A stretch of 30,106 bases of DNA, taken from a virus. Taxonomy: Duplodnaviria > Caudoviricetes. The notes beneath the pieces are model-generated. The model was given only the letters and a program-made list of their open reading frames with translations, was not told the DNA's origin and did not search any database. The stretch lies in IMG/VR virus record IMGVR_UViG_3300020045_000871, positions 1-30,106 of that record. One strand, written 5' to 3'. The translations under genes were made by a program, and so were the position numbers. This document shows, piece by piece, positions 1 through 9,375 of the stretch (the first letter of the stretch is position 1; every line of letters begins with the position of its first letter).

Positions 1-1
1 G

Positions 2-604
2 ATCGTTTGGCGCGACTTGGATGAGTTTTTGGGTCAGTCGTTTGAGCATGAGTTTGGCGAGGACTACATCGTGCGAGCGACTTGCGTGGACTCTGGTGGC
101 CACCACACGCAAGCGGTTTACAAATACGTGGCTCCGCGCGAGGGAAAGCGAATATTTGCGATCAAGGGCGTTGGTGGCGAGGGGCGTCCGCTGTTGGGCA
201 AGCCTGGAAAAAACAACATCGGGAAAATCAAACTGTTCCCAGTTGGCGTTGATACGGCCAAGCACCTGCTGTTTTCTCGCTTCAAGATTGCGGAGCCTGG
301 CCCTGGTTATTGCCACTTCCCTGTTGGCCGCGAGGATGAGTATTTCAAGCAGCTGACAGCCGAGAAGATCGCGACCAGGTACCACAAGGGTTTTGCAAAA
401 CGCGAGTTTGTGAAGACACGGCCAAGAAACGAGGCGCTGGACGTTAGGGTTTACGGCATGGCCGCGCTGGCGTTGCTGAATGTGAACTTAGCGGCGCTGG
501 CCAAGCGGGTGGAGTTGACTCGGCAGGCCGATGCGGAGGTGAAAAAGGAGAAAACTCAGGTGCGCAAGCAACGGACGACTGGATTTGTCAACGGCTGGCG
601 ATAA
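2..604 (+). CDS. terL: Terminase large subunit, lambda gpA family, C-terminal nuclease part (5' truncated by window edge)
   Basis: Frame open from base 2; motifs CVDSGGH, AIKG, YFKQLTAE and RNEALD typical of gpA-type terminases; lies upstream of gpW-like and portal genes. Confidence 0.93.
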   Translation: MVWRDLDEFLGQSFEHEFGEDYIVRATCVDSGGHHTQAVYKYVAPREGKRIFAIKGVGGEGRPLLGKPGKNNIGKIKLFPVGVDTAKHLLFSRFKIAEPGPGYCHFPVGREDEYFKQLTAEKIATRYHKGFAKREFVKTRPRNEALDVRVYGMAALALLNVNLAALAKRVELTRQADAEVKKEKTQVRKQRTTGFVNGWR

Positions 605-638
605 AATACGCTAAACTTCCCAAAACTACAGGTGGCTT

Positions 639-1232
639 ATGGCAAACCTCTTTGACCCTGCGAACGCGCCCACGATTGAGCCTGAAACGGTTGTTCAGGG
701 TGACTGGATTCAATGGAAGCGCACTGACCTTGGTGCGGATTACCCGAACACGGCATACACAGCCACCTATGTTGCACGCATCACTGGCGGTGGCAATACA
801 GAGGTGCAGGTCACCGGAACGGCCAGCGGAAGCGATTACCTGTTCTCCGTAAATAGCGCGACTTCTGAAGGCTTTGTGCCTGGTCTGTACCATTGGCAGC
901 TTGAGATTAAACGCGACTCAGACAACAATCGCTTGGTTGTTGACCGTGGCTATTTCACTGCCATCGCAGATTTGGACGTCAACGGCGCAGACCCGCGCAC
1001 GCACGCCGAAATCATGGTGGCAAAAATTGAGAGCATCTTGTCTGGCAAGGCTGACTCGGATGTGGCGAGTTACTCCGTGGCTGGCCGCAGTTTGACAAAA
1101 ATGTCATTCAGGGAGCTGCTGGAGGCTCGCGATTACTATCGCTCCGAGGTTCGTAAAGAGCAAATTTCAGAGCGCATTCGCCGTGGTCAGTCGACCGGCG
1201 CGACAGTACAAGTACGATTTGGGGGTAATTGA
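639..1232 (+). CDS. Head completion / head-tail joining protein, gpW-like C-terminus with extra N-terminal beta-rich domain
   Basis: C-terminal SYSVAGRSLTKMSFRELLEARDYYRSEV resembles gpW; position between terminase and portal. Confidence 0.7.
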   Translation: MANLFDPANAPTIEPETVVQGDWIQWKRTDLGADYPNTAYTATYVARITGGGNTEVQVTGTASGSDYLFSVNSATSEGFVPGLYHWQLEIKRDSDNNRLVVDRGYFTAIADLDVNGADPRTHAEIMVAKIESILSGKADSDVASYSVAGRSLTKMSFRELLEARDYYRSEVRKEQISERIRRGQSTGATVQVRFGGN

Positions 1233-2695
1233 TGGGTCTTCTTGATATATTTTCCCGCAAGAAGAAGATGCAAAAACGCGCTTATGCAGGCGCGAATGTT
1301 GGCCGCTTGTTTAGCGACTTTGTGGCGTCTTCAAAATCACCCGACCAAGAAATCAAAAGCGCACTGGTAATCCTGCGCAATCGCTGCCGAGACTTGGCGC
1401 GAAATAACGAATATGCCAAGCGCTTCTTGGCGCTGGCAAAATCAAACGTTGTCGGCGACCGAGGCGTGACGCTGCAGGTAAAGGCCCGCAACGACAATGG
1501 TGCAATTGATACGTTTGGCAACAAGTCAATCGAAACAGCGTGGGACAAATGGGGCCGCAAGGGCACCTGCACCGTTGATGGCCGAATGTCTTGGGTGGAC
1601 GCCCAGCGATTTTGGGTTGAATCCCTAGCCCGTGACGGTGAAGTGTTGGTGCGCAAAGTGACCTATCCGAACCAGTTTGGTTTTGCGTTGGAGTTCTTGG
1701 AGCCTGATTTGCTCGACGAGAACTACAACGACGACTTGGCCAATGGCAACGTGATTCGCATGAGCGTGGAGCTCGACCCATTCAGACGCCCTGTGGCGTA
1801 TTGGTTGCTTACCAAGCACCCAGGCGACGTCAGTCAGTCTTTGGCGCTTGCTGGGCCCCGTGTGCGTATTCCTGCCGACAAAATCTTGCACCACTACCTC
1901 ATGGAGCGTGCACAACAAACGCGCGGCGTGCCGTGGATGGCTCCGGCTATCTCCAGCCTGAAAATGCTGCACGGCTATCGCGAGGCCGAGCTTGTGGCCG
2001 CACGCACCGGCGCGTCGAAGATGGGCTTTTTCACATCGCCTGCTGGCGACGGATTTACAGCCGACGATACGGATGGCAAAGTGCCAATCATGGAAGCCGA
2101 TCCAGGCACGTTCCATCAGTTGCCACAAGGCGTCAACTTCCAGCAGTTTGACCCAACGCACCCAACGACTGCGTTTGCTGACTTTGAAAAAGCAATTCTG
2201 CGCGGCATCGCCTCTGGTCTTGGCGTTTCATACACAAGCCTGGCCAACGACCTTGAGGGCGTGTCATATTCGTCAATTCGCCAAGGCACGATTGAAGACC
2301 GCGACCAGTGGAAGGTGATGCAGGATATGCTGGTGCAACACTTTGTTGAGCCGGTCTACCGTGATTTCCTAATGTCAATCATGGAGAGCCGGTACATCAC
2401 AATCCCAGCCGGCCGTTTCGACAAGTTTGCAGATGCGACCGTGTTCCGAGCGCGCGGCTTCCAGTGGGTTGACCCGCTCAAGGAAATGAACGCCGCTGTG
2501 GTTGGTTTAAACAACGGCATCTTGTCGATGCAGGATGTGGCGAACCAGTACGGGCGCGACGTTGAGGAGACGTTTGACCAAATCAAGGCAGAGAAAGAAC
2601 TTGCAGCAGATTTTGGAATCACTTTGGCGTTCCAGCCTTTTGGCCAAAAGCTGCCAGCGCCATCCGAACTCTCTGGCGATGTAATTTCTGAATGA
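1232..2695 (+). CDS. Portal protein, lambda gpB family
   Basis: LRNRCRDLARNN, RDGEVLV, QTRGVPW, SYSSIRQG and WVDPLKE motifs; about 487 aa; synteny. Confidence 0.95.
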   Translation: MGLLDIFSRKKKMQKRAYAGANVGRLFSDFVASSKSPDQEIKSALVILRNRCRDLARNNEYAKRFLALAKSNVVGDRGVTLQVKARNDNGAIDTFGNKSIETAWDKWGRKGTCTVDGRMSWVDAQRFWVESLARDGEVLVRKVTYPNQFGFALEFLEPDLLDENYNDDLANGNVIRMSVELDPFRRPVAYWLLTKHPGDVSQSLALAGPRVRIPADKILHHYLMERAQQTRGVPWMAPAISSLKMLHGYREAELVAARTGASKMGFFTSPAGDGFTADDTDGKVPIMEADPGTFHQLPQGVNFQQFDPTHPTTAFADFEKAILRGIASGLGVSYTSLANDLEGVSYSSIRQGTIEDRDQWKVMQDMLVQHFVEPVYRDFLMSIMESRYITIPAGRFDKFADATVFRARGFQWVDPLKEMNAAVVGLNNGILSMQDVANQYGRDVEETFDQIKAEKELAADFGITLAFQPFGQKLPAPSELSGDVISE

Positions 2696-2756
2696 TTCAG
2701 TTAGAATTCTGAAAAATCGAATATATTTCGTTTGAACAGCAACCGAAAGGCAGCAA

Positions 2757-4616
2757 ATGACCGATCAAGAACGCGCCGTGGTGAGCCTCTCTGTCCATGT
2801 GGACACGGAGGACTTGTCCGAAATCATCGAAGCACAAGCGGAAGCCGAGGCAACCGTCATGGCCGCAGAGGCTGAGACACAAGGCGAAGCCGAAGTTGTC
2901 GAGGAAATCCCTGTCGAGATGGACGATATGCGTAAGGCAAATGAGCGCATGACTCGCGCTGATGCAATGGAAGCTCGCGTTGATTCGGCAGAAGACCGCC
3001 GCGTGTCAATGTCGATTTCCAGCGAATCCGCTGTCTCTCGCTACTATGGCGATGAAATTCTTGACCATAACCCTGACTCAATTGACCTGAGTTTTATGAA
3101 CTCAGGCCGTGCGCCTTTGTTGCTCGACCATGACCCGTCGAAGCAAATTGGCGTGATCGAATCTGTATCCCTCGATGGCTCGGCTCGCAAGTTGCGTGCG
3201 ACAGTTCGTTTCGGTAAGAGCGAATTGGCTTCGGAGGTGTACGGAGATGTTGCCGATCAAATTCGTGGCAATGTTTCCATTGGTTACTCAATCTCCAAGA
3301 TGGTGAAAGAGGCCGACGGCAAAACATACCGCGCAACTGCTTGGCGACCTGTTGAAGCGTCTATTGTTTCGATTCCTGCTGACACGTCTGTCGGTGTTGG
3401 TCGAAGTGAGAGCGTGAATACAACCTCTGAAGCTGTTGTTGAAGAACAACAAATTACCACCCCTGTGGAAGTGGCACAACCCGAACCCGCCGCTGAAGCA
3501 GAACGCAAGGAAACACAAATGGAAAACTCCGCAACTGTGGCAGTTGAAAGCCGCGCTTTCGACAAGCCTGTTCAAGCCGAAGTCGGTCTGACTCAAAAAG
3601 AAGTCCGTCAATTCAGCTTCTTGAAAGCTATCAACGCGATGGCCAACCCACAAGACAAACGCGCATGGGAAGCAGCCGCTTTCGAGCGTGAAGTGTCTGA
3701 AGCCGCTGTGAAAACTTATGGCCGCGCCGCACAAGGTATCTTCGTGCCAAACGATGTTATTTTTGGCAAGCGTGACCTGACTGTTGGCACTGCCAACGCT
3801 GGTGGATACACCGTTGCAACCGACTTGATGGCCGATTCGTTCATCGAGATGTTGCGCAACCGCTCTGTGGTGCAACGCGCCGGCGCTACCGTGATGAACG
3901 GTTTAGTCGGCAACGTGGCAATCCCTAAGCAATCCGCTGGCGCGACTGCTTACTGGGTGGCTGAGTCTGGTGCTCCTACCGAGAGCCAACAAACTCTGGC
4001 CCAAGTGACAATGTCTCCAAAGACTGTTGGCGCTTACACCGATTTCAGCCGCAAGTTGATGCTCCAATCCAGCATCGACATTGAGAGCTTTGTGCGCCGC
4101 GACTTGGCTCAAGTCATCGCCTTGGCTATCGACGCAGCTGCTTTGTACGGCACAGGTTCAAACAACCAGCCAACAGGCATCAAGTTGACTTCTGGCGTGA
4201 ACACCAAAGATTTCGCAGCCACTACCCCCACATTCGCTGAATTGGTGGCAATGGAGTCTGAGTTGGCCGCTGACAACGCAGATATCGGCACAATGTCGTA
4301 CCTGTTCAACCCAGCTCAACGTGGCGCTTTGAAGACCACCGAAAAGTCCAGCACTTCTACTGGCCAATTCGTGTGGGAACCAGGCAACACAGTGAACGGC
4401 TACCGCACTGAAGTGTCGAACCAAGTTACCGCCGGTGACGTGTTCTTCGGCAACTTCGCTGACTTGTTGATCGGTTTCTGGTCTGGCCTCGACCTGACCG
4501 TTGACCCATACAGCAACAGCACAAGCGGCACCGTTCGCGTGGTTGCCTTGCAGGACGTGGACATTGCATTGCGCAACGCCGTGTCCTTCTGCTACGGCGA
4601 CGCTGACATCGCGTAA
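2757..4616 (+). CDS. Fused HK97-type prohead protease and major capsid protein
   Basis: Protease motifs LLLDHD, VSIGY and EASIVSIPAD, then a P/E/A linker, then HK97-fold capsid motifs GGYTV, AYWVAE, TMSPK, GTGSNNQPTGI and FFGNF. Confidence 0.93.
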   Translation: MTDQERAVVSLSVHVDTEDLSEIIEAQAEAEATVMAAEAETQGEAEVVEEIPVEMDDMRKANERMTRADAMEARVDSAEDRRVSMSISSESAVSRYYGDEILDHNPDSIDLSFMNSGRAPLLLDHDPSKQIGVIESVSLDGSARKLRATVRFGKSELASEVYGDVADQIRGNVSIGYSISKMVKEADGKTYRATAWRPVEASIVSIPADTSVGVGRSESVNTTSEAVVEEQQITTPVEVAQPEPAAEAERKETQMENSATVAVESRAFDKPVQAEVGLTQKEVRQFSFLKAINAMANPQDKRAWEAAAFEREVSEAAVKTYGRAAQGIFVPNDVIFGKRDLTVGTANAGGYTVATDLMADSFIEMLRNRSVVQRAGATVMNGLVGNVAIPKQSAGATAYWVAESGAPTESQQTLAQVTMSPKTVGAYTDFSRKLMLQSSIDIESFVRRDLAQVIALAIDAAALYGTGSNNQPTGIKLTSGVNTKDFAATTPTFAELVAMESELAADNADIGTMSYLFNPAQRGALKTTEKSSTSTGQFVWEPGNTVNGYRTEVSNQVTAGDVFFGNFADLLIGFWSGLDLTVDPYSNSTSGTVRVVALQDVDIALRNAVSFCYGDADIA

Positions 4617-4621
4617 TCAAC

Positions 4622-4648
4622 AGGGGGGCTAATAACCCCCCTTCTTAT
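4622..4648 (+). terminator. Probable intrinsic terminator after the capsid gene
   Basis: AGGGGGG-CTAATAA-CCCCCCT hairpin followed by TCTTAT, just after the stop codon; the U tract is weak. Confidence 0.6.
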
Positions 4649-4659
4649 TGGAGCTTCAG

Positions 4660-5031
4660 ATGAATAATTTTGGCGATAACGCAACAGCAGTTGCATTGAT
4701 TCCAACCGCTGCCATCTCAACAACCACAACTGGCTCAGCCGTTGATTTGGTTGATTATGACGGCGAGGCTGCGGTTATTTTGAACTGCGGCGCAGGCGGT
4801 GTTGGCGCGACTTGTGACGTCAAACTGACGCACAGCGACACATCAGGCGGTTCATACACAGACGTTACTGGCGCGACATTTACCCAAGTTGGTAACGCTG
4901 CAAGTCATCAAAAAATCAGCGTCAACACAAACGAAATGAAGCAGTACGTGAAGGCTGTTTGCACGGTTGCTGGCGTGGCATCTTTTGATATTGGCGTTTC
5001 ATTGGTTGCAGTTAAGAAATACCTGCCATGA
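4660..5031 (+). CDS. Probable head decoration/cement protein (beta-rich virion protein)
   Basis: GGAG SD before ATG 4660; T/G/A/V-rich beta-strand pattern; directly after capsid. Confidence 0.55.
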   Translation: MNNFGDNATAVALIPTAAISTTTTGSAVDLVDYDGEAAVILNCGAGGVGATCDVKLTHSDTSGGSYTDVTGATFTQVGNAASHQKISVNTNEMKQYVKAVCTVAGVASFDIGVSLVAVKKYLP

Positions 5032-5354
5032 CACAAGTTTTATTCACACGAAACACAATCACAACTCAAGGCAAAGCCAGAATTGGCGATGTTCTTGATT
5101 TGAACGACCACGAGGCCAAAAGCCTGATTGGCTATGGCCGATGCATGATTGCTGGAGAAGAAATCCAGATTGACGAGCAAGAAGCCGACGAGCAAGAAGC
5201 CGACGAGCAAGAAGCCGACGAGCAAAGCATCGACCTTGATGGACTCCAGGACAACGGTTTCGATACCGATGAGCTTGAAAACACCAGCGTTGGACTTGAT
5301 TCATCCGATGGCGAGCCCGTGATTCGTCGCGGTCGACCAAAGAAGGCTAAGTAA
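5028..5354 (+). CDS. Hypothetical head-region protein with acidic repeat and basic C-terminus (RRGRPKKAK)
   Basis: ATGA-coupled to the upstream gene and TAATG-coupled to the downstream gene. Confidence 0.7.
   Translation: MTQVLFTRNTITTQGKARIGDVLDLNDHEAKSLIGYGRCMIAGEEIQIDEQEADEQEADEQEADEQSIDLDGLQDNGFDTDELENTSVGLDSSDGEPVIRRGRPKKAK
5172..5225 (+). repeat. Perfect 15-bp tandem repeat GACGAGCAAGAAGCC x3.6 (DEQEA)
   Basis: Units at 5172, 5187 and 5202, with a partial unit at 5217. Confidence 0.97.
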
Positions 5355-5659
5355 TGGCTGTCGAGAGCGCTGCTGATCGTTTGGTGTTTCTGGCTGACTT
5401 TGGCCAGTCCGTGACCTACACCGTCCAAGGCGGCTCTGCGGCCACGATCACGGCTATCTTTGACAATCAGTTCATTGAGGTTGACTCTGGTGGAACCGTT
5501 GGTTTCGCCGTGCAGCAACCTCGCCTGACCTGCCGCACACAAGATGTTGTAAATTGCACAGAGGGCGACACGTTCGTCATTTCTGGCGTGACTTACCTGT
5601 CGCGAATTGTGCAGGACGACGGCACAGGTATGACTGAGATTGTTTTGGAAAAACAATGA
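5354..5659 (+). CDS. Head-tail joining protein (gpFII-like)
   Basis: About 100 aa beta protein ending DDGTGMTEIVLE; synteny. Confidence 0.75.
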   Translation: MAVESAADRLVFLADFGQSVTYTVQGGSAATITAIFDNQFIEVDSGGTVGFAVQQPRLTCRTQDVVNCTEGDTFVISGVTYLSRIVQDDGTGMTEIVLEKQ

Positions 5660-6099
5660 GCCACATCCGAAAGCAAATCCGTGATGCGCTTGTCACCGCT
5701 TTGACGGGTTTGACAACGACTGGCTCGCGCGTCTATCGCAGCCGCGTCTACCCACTTGAGTCTGGTAAGCTGCCTGGCCTTTGTATTTATACGAAGTCAG
5801 AGGAAGTGGTGAACTCAACGATGACGCGCCCACGCACGCAAACGCGCCAGCTTGAGGCGGCTGTTGAGGCGTACTTAATGGCCAACACAAACTTTGACGA
5901 CACGCTTGATACCGTTGCGGTCGAGGTGGAAGAGGCGATTTATTCAAACGCCGCTTTGAACGCGCTTGTGAAGCAAATCAACATCACCGGCTTTGAGGCT
6001 GATTACTCTGGCGACGGTGAGAAGATCGTTGGCGTTGGTACTTTCAGCGTCCAGATTATTTATTCCGCAAAAGAAAACGATATCGAAACCGCCGCTTGA
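5656..6099 (+). CDS. Tail terminator / tail completion protein
   Basis: MSHIRKQIRDA start, VYRSRVYP and LPGLCIY; immediately before tail tube. Confidence 0.7.
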   Translation: MSHIRKQIRDALVTALTGLTTTGSRVYRSRVYPLESGKLPGLCIYTKSEEVVNSTMTRPRTQTRQLEAAVEAYLMANTNFDDTLDTVAVEVEEAIYSNAALNALVKQINITGFEADYSGDGEKIVGVGTFSVQIIYSAKENDIETAA

Positions 6100-6135
6100 T
6101 GTGGCAAAATACTGAAACTTGAAAAGGGGCTAAAA

Positions 6136-6525
6136 ATGGCAACTCACACCGGCTCAGAAGGCACAATCAAAATTGGCAGCGACACCGTTGGTGAAATTCG
6201 CAGCTACTCCATCAGCGAGACAGCAGACACCATTGAAGATACTTCGATGGGCGATGCATCACGCACTTACAAAACTGGCCTCAAGAGCTTCACGGCTTCT
6301 GTGGACGTTTTCTGGGACGAAGGCGATACAGGCCAGACAGCTTTGTCTGTTGGATCATCTGTCACGCTCAACGTCTACCCAGAAGGCGCTACAACTGGCG
6401 ACAAATATTTCTCTGGCTCTGCAATCGTCACTGGTTTGACCGTCACTGGCTCATTCGACGGAATGGTCGAGGCATCTTTGACGCTGCAAGGCACTGGCGC
6501 TCTTTCACTTAGCACCGCAAGCTAA
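6136..6525 (+). CDS. Major tail tube protein
   Basis: SD AAGGGG; IEDTSMGD..RTY..GLKSF and SLTLQGTGAL motifs of short siphoviral tube proteins. Confidence 0.85.
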   Translation: MATHTGSEGTIKIGSDTVGEIRSYSISETADTIEDTSMGDASRTYKTGLKSFTASVDVFWDEGDTGQTALSVGSSVTLNVYPEGATTGDKYFSGSAIVTGLTVTGSFDGMVEASLTLQGTGALSLSTAS

Positions 6526-6863
6526 TGAAGGCGATTGACCTAGCCAAGGCGCACTTCAAGACCCTGCAAACCAAGACCATTGAGGTCGCTGAGTGGGGTG
6601 ATGAATCTGGGCCGCTGATGATTTACGTTGAGCCCTTCACTTTGAAGGACAAGGCAAAGCTGCAGGCAGTCACAAAGATTTCTGGCAGCGAAATCGACGC
6701 ATTGGTTGAGTTGGTCGTGATGAAGTCGCTGGACAAGAATGGCGATAAGCTTTTCACCATTGACGACAAGCACGCCCTGCGCAACGCTGTTGATTCCCGT
6801 GTGTTGGAGCGTATCTCGACAGAGATTATGCGCGTTGACTTTGGGAGTCTTGAAAAAAACTAA
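6525..6863 (+). CDS. Tail assembly chaperone (gpG-like)
   Basis: Between tube and tape measure; ends EKN* on the slippery heptamer A AAA AAC. Confidence 0.85.
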   Translation: MKAIDLAKAHFKTLQTKTIEVAEWGDESGPLMIYVEPFTLKDKAKLQAVTKISGSEIDALVELVVMKSLDKNGDKLFTIDDKHALRNAVDSRVLERISTEIMRVDFGSLEKN

Positions 6864-7027
6864 CGGAGACTCCTGAACGCCAATTTATGTTTTTTCTTGC
6901 TGAGAAATTACATAAGACAGTCGCAGAGATTGAGGAAATGAGCGTTGAGGAGTTCACCGAATGGCAGATATGGCTGAAGATTCAGCGAGAACGGAGCAAA
7001 GATGGCAGCGCAAGACCTAAAAATTGA
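6860..7027 (+). CDS. Tail assembly chaperone frameshift extension (gpT-like), -1 frame; absent from ORF track
   Basis: -1 frame reads LTETPERQFMFFLAEKLHKTVAEIEEMSVEEFTEWQIWLKIQRERSKDGSARPKN*; fills the gap before the tape measure. Confidence 0.85.
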   Translation, partial: LTETPERQFMFFLAEKLHKTVAEIEEMSVEEFTEWQIWLKIQRERSKDGSARPKN

Positions 7028-8753
7028 CATTCTTGCGACGGACAAAACTGGTGCCGCATTTCGCTCTGTTCAGTCAGGCCTAAAGCAAGTCGACAGCGCG
7101 ACTGCTGGTGTTAGAAACGCCATGCTTGGCGTTGGTAGCGCAATCGCTGCGCTCGGGGCCATCACCTACGTCCGAAGCGTAATCAACATTGCCGACAGCA
7201 TGGATGAGCTGTCAAAGCGCACCGGCATCGCGGTTGAAACGCTTTCCTCGCTCTCCAACACAGCAGCGCTGGCAGGCTCAAGCCAAGAAGAGCTTGGCAG
7301 CGCACTTATCAAGCTCAACAAAAGCATTGCCGAGGCAGCTTCTGGCAGTAAAGAGCAGGCTCTTGCGTTTCAAAATCTTGGCGTTTCTGTAAAAGACGCC
7401 GAGGGAAATATTCGCCCAACAACGGACGTATTGGCAGACATTGCTGATGCGTTTTCTCGCGTTGATGATGGGGCGATCAAGACTCAATACCAGATGGCCT
7501 TGTTTGGCAAGTCTGGCGCGAACCTGAACGAGTTTTTAAGCAAAGGCTCTGCTGGTATCAAAGAGTTTGGGGCTTCTATTAGCACCGATTTTGCAAAAGA
7601 CTCGGCTGACTTTAACGACAACTTGACAAACTTTGGCCAGATTCTTCAACGAATCATTGGTGAGAAATCTTTGCCTCTGCTGCAGTTCTTCAACAAAGAA
7701 TTACAGAACGCGATCAACATCGACCGTGCTTCAAAGATTGGCGGTGGCCGTGGAATCGTGAATCCAGATGTTGTCAAGCCTGAGTCTTTGACGCTTAAGC
7801 CGCTCGACCCGTCCATTGCAAAAAATGCCGAAGAGGTATCCAAGAAGCTGCGCGACATAAACGACGAAATCCTTAAGATGACCCAAGGCGAGAACGCGTT
7901 GGCAGTTGCCCAGTTCTCGCGCATGGAAGGCGTCACCAAACCCCAAATTAAGCAGTACGAAGAACTCCTACGCCAAAAGGCTCAGTTGGCAGCGCAAGAC
8001 CGCGAGTTGGACGCTGCCAGCCGTGAAGCCGACGAGATGGCTAAAAAGGGCTTTCAAGACAAAGTCGACCTCATTAACAAGGCAAAAAAGCTCTACGACG
8101 ACACGCGCACGCCATTGGAAAAAATGAACATCCAAATGGCAGAGCTTGACCGCCTTTTGGCGATGGGCGCTATTAGTTGGGATGTTTACGCTCGAGCAAC
8201 GCTGGACGCAACGGACGCGTTTGCTGAGGTCAAAGACACTGGCGTCAGTGCACTTGAGGAGCTGAAATACGCCGTGCAAGGCTGGGGCCGCAATTTCACA
8301 GACGTTATGACTGAGGCGACCATGAGCGGCAAATTCAACTTTGCAGACATGGCAAACTCAATCATTCGCGACCTAATACGCATCCAAATACAAAAAGCCA
8401 TCACAGACCCTCTTGTGAAGGCCGGCACGAGCTTTCTAGACTCAGCCCTTGGCACTGGTAAGGTTGCTGGTGCGCGAGCCATGGGCGGCCCTGTGACATC
8501 TGGCCAGTCGTATTTGGTTGGAGAGAACGGCCCAGAGATATTTATTCCAAACTCATCCGGCCAGATTAACAACGACCCATCAGGCGGCGGTTCTGGTGTG
8601 ACTGTGCACCAGACAATCAACTTGTCGGCGGGCGTGTCTCAGACCGTGCGAGCCGAGGTGATTGGCATGATGCCTAGAATTATGGAAGCAACAAAGGCTG
8701 CGGTTGCTGATAGCAAGCGCCGTGGCGGCTCATTTGGAAAGATGATGGCTTGA
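7002..8753 (+). CDS. Tail tape measure protein
   Basis: Helical A/L/K-rich 583 aa; DILATDKT start, LFGKSG, C-terminal RAMGGPV..G.SYLVGENGPEIF. Confidence 0.93.
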   Translation: MAAQDLKIDILATDKTGAAFRSVQSGLKQVDSATAGVRNAMLGVGSAIAALGAITYVRSVINIADSMDELSKRTGIAVETLSSLSNTAALAGSSQEELGSALIKLNKSIAEAASGSKEQALAFQNLGVSVKDAEGNIRPTTDVLADIADAFSRVDDGAIKTQYQMALFGKSGANLNEFLSKGSAGIKEFGASISTDFAKDSADFNDNLTNFGQILQRIIGEKSLPLLQFFNKELQNAINIDRASKIGGGRGIVNPDVVKPESLTLKPLDPSIAKNAEEVSKKLRDINDEILKMTQGENALAVAQFSRMEGVTKPQIKQYEELLRQKAQLAAQDRELDAASREADEMAKKGFQDKVDLINKAKKLYDDTRTPLEKMNIQMAELDRLLAMGAISWDVYARATLDATDAFAEVKDTGVSALEELKYAVQGWGRNFTDVMTEATMSGKFNFADMANSIIRDLIRIQIQKAITDPLVKAGTSFLDSALGTGKVAGARAMGGPVTSGQSYLVGENGPEIFIPNSSGQINNDPSGGGSGVTVHQTINLSAGVSQTVRAEVIGMMPRIMEATKAAVADSKRRGGSFGKMMA

Positions 8754-8754
8754 T

Positions 8755-9375
8755 ATGGCTGTGACATTCCCCCTCGCAATTCCAACCAGCAAAGGCCTGG
8801 CCAAAATACGCCTGACTGCAAACAACGTGGTTGGCATTTCACAGTCGCCATTCACCGCCAAGCAGCAGGTCTACAAATACACCGGCCAGTTCTGGGAGGC
8901 TGATATTTCTTTGCCTCCCATGAAACGCGCGGACGCCGAATACTGGATTTCTTTCCTGCTCAAGCTAAACGGCTCGTATGGCACGTTTTTGCTTGGCGAC
9001 CCAAATGGTGCAACGGCACGCGGCGTGGCCACCGGAACTCCGCTCGTAAACGGAGCCAGCCAAACCGGCTCAGACCTCATCACGGACGGTTGGACTCCAA
9101 ACACGACTGGAATTTTGAAGGCGGGTGACTACATTCAGCTTGGCGGTGGCGCATCCGCATTGCTGCATAAAGTCCTAGACGATGTGAACTCAGACGGTTC
9201 AGGAAACGCCACGTTGACGCTTTGGCCAGATTTACGCACCGCCCCATCGGATAACGCCGCAATCGTTGTCAGCGCTCCGAAAGGCGTGTTCAGACTGACT
9301 GCAAACCAGCAGGCTTGGGATATTAACGAGGCGACGTTTTACGGCATCACATTTGGCGCAAGAGAGGCAATTTAA
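8755..9375 (+). CDS. Distal tail (Dit-like) protein
   Basis: Directly follows the tape measure; SPFT..QQV, W.ADISLPPM and F.LGDP pattern. Confidence 0.7.
   Translation: MAVTFPLAIPTSKGLAKIRLTANNVVGISQSPFTAKQQVYKYTGQFWEADISLPPMKRADAEYWISFLLKLNGSYGTFLLGDPNGATARGVATGTPLVNGASQTGSDLITDGWTPNTTGILKAGDYIQLGGGASALLHKVLDDVNSDGSGNATLTLWPDLRTAPSDNAAIVVSAPKGVFRLTANQQAWDINEATFYGITFGAREAI

Noticed and set aside
5172-5225. Repeat as a CRISPR array
   Set aside because: Contiguous 15-bp in-frame units with no spacers and no cas genes
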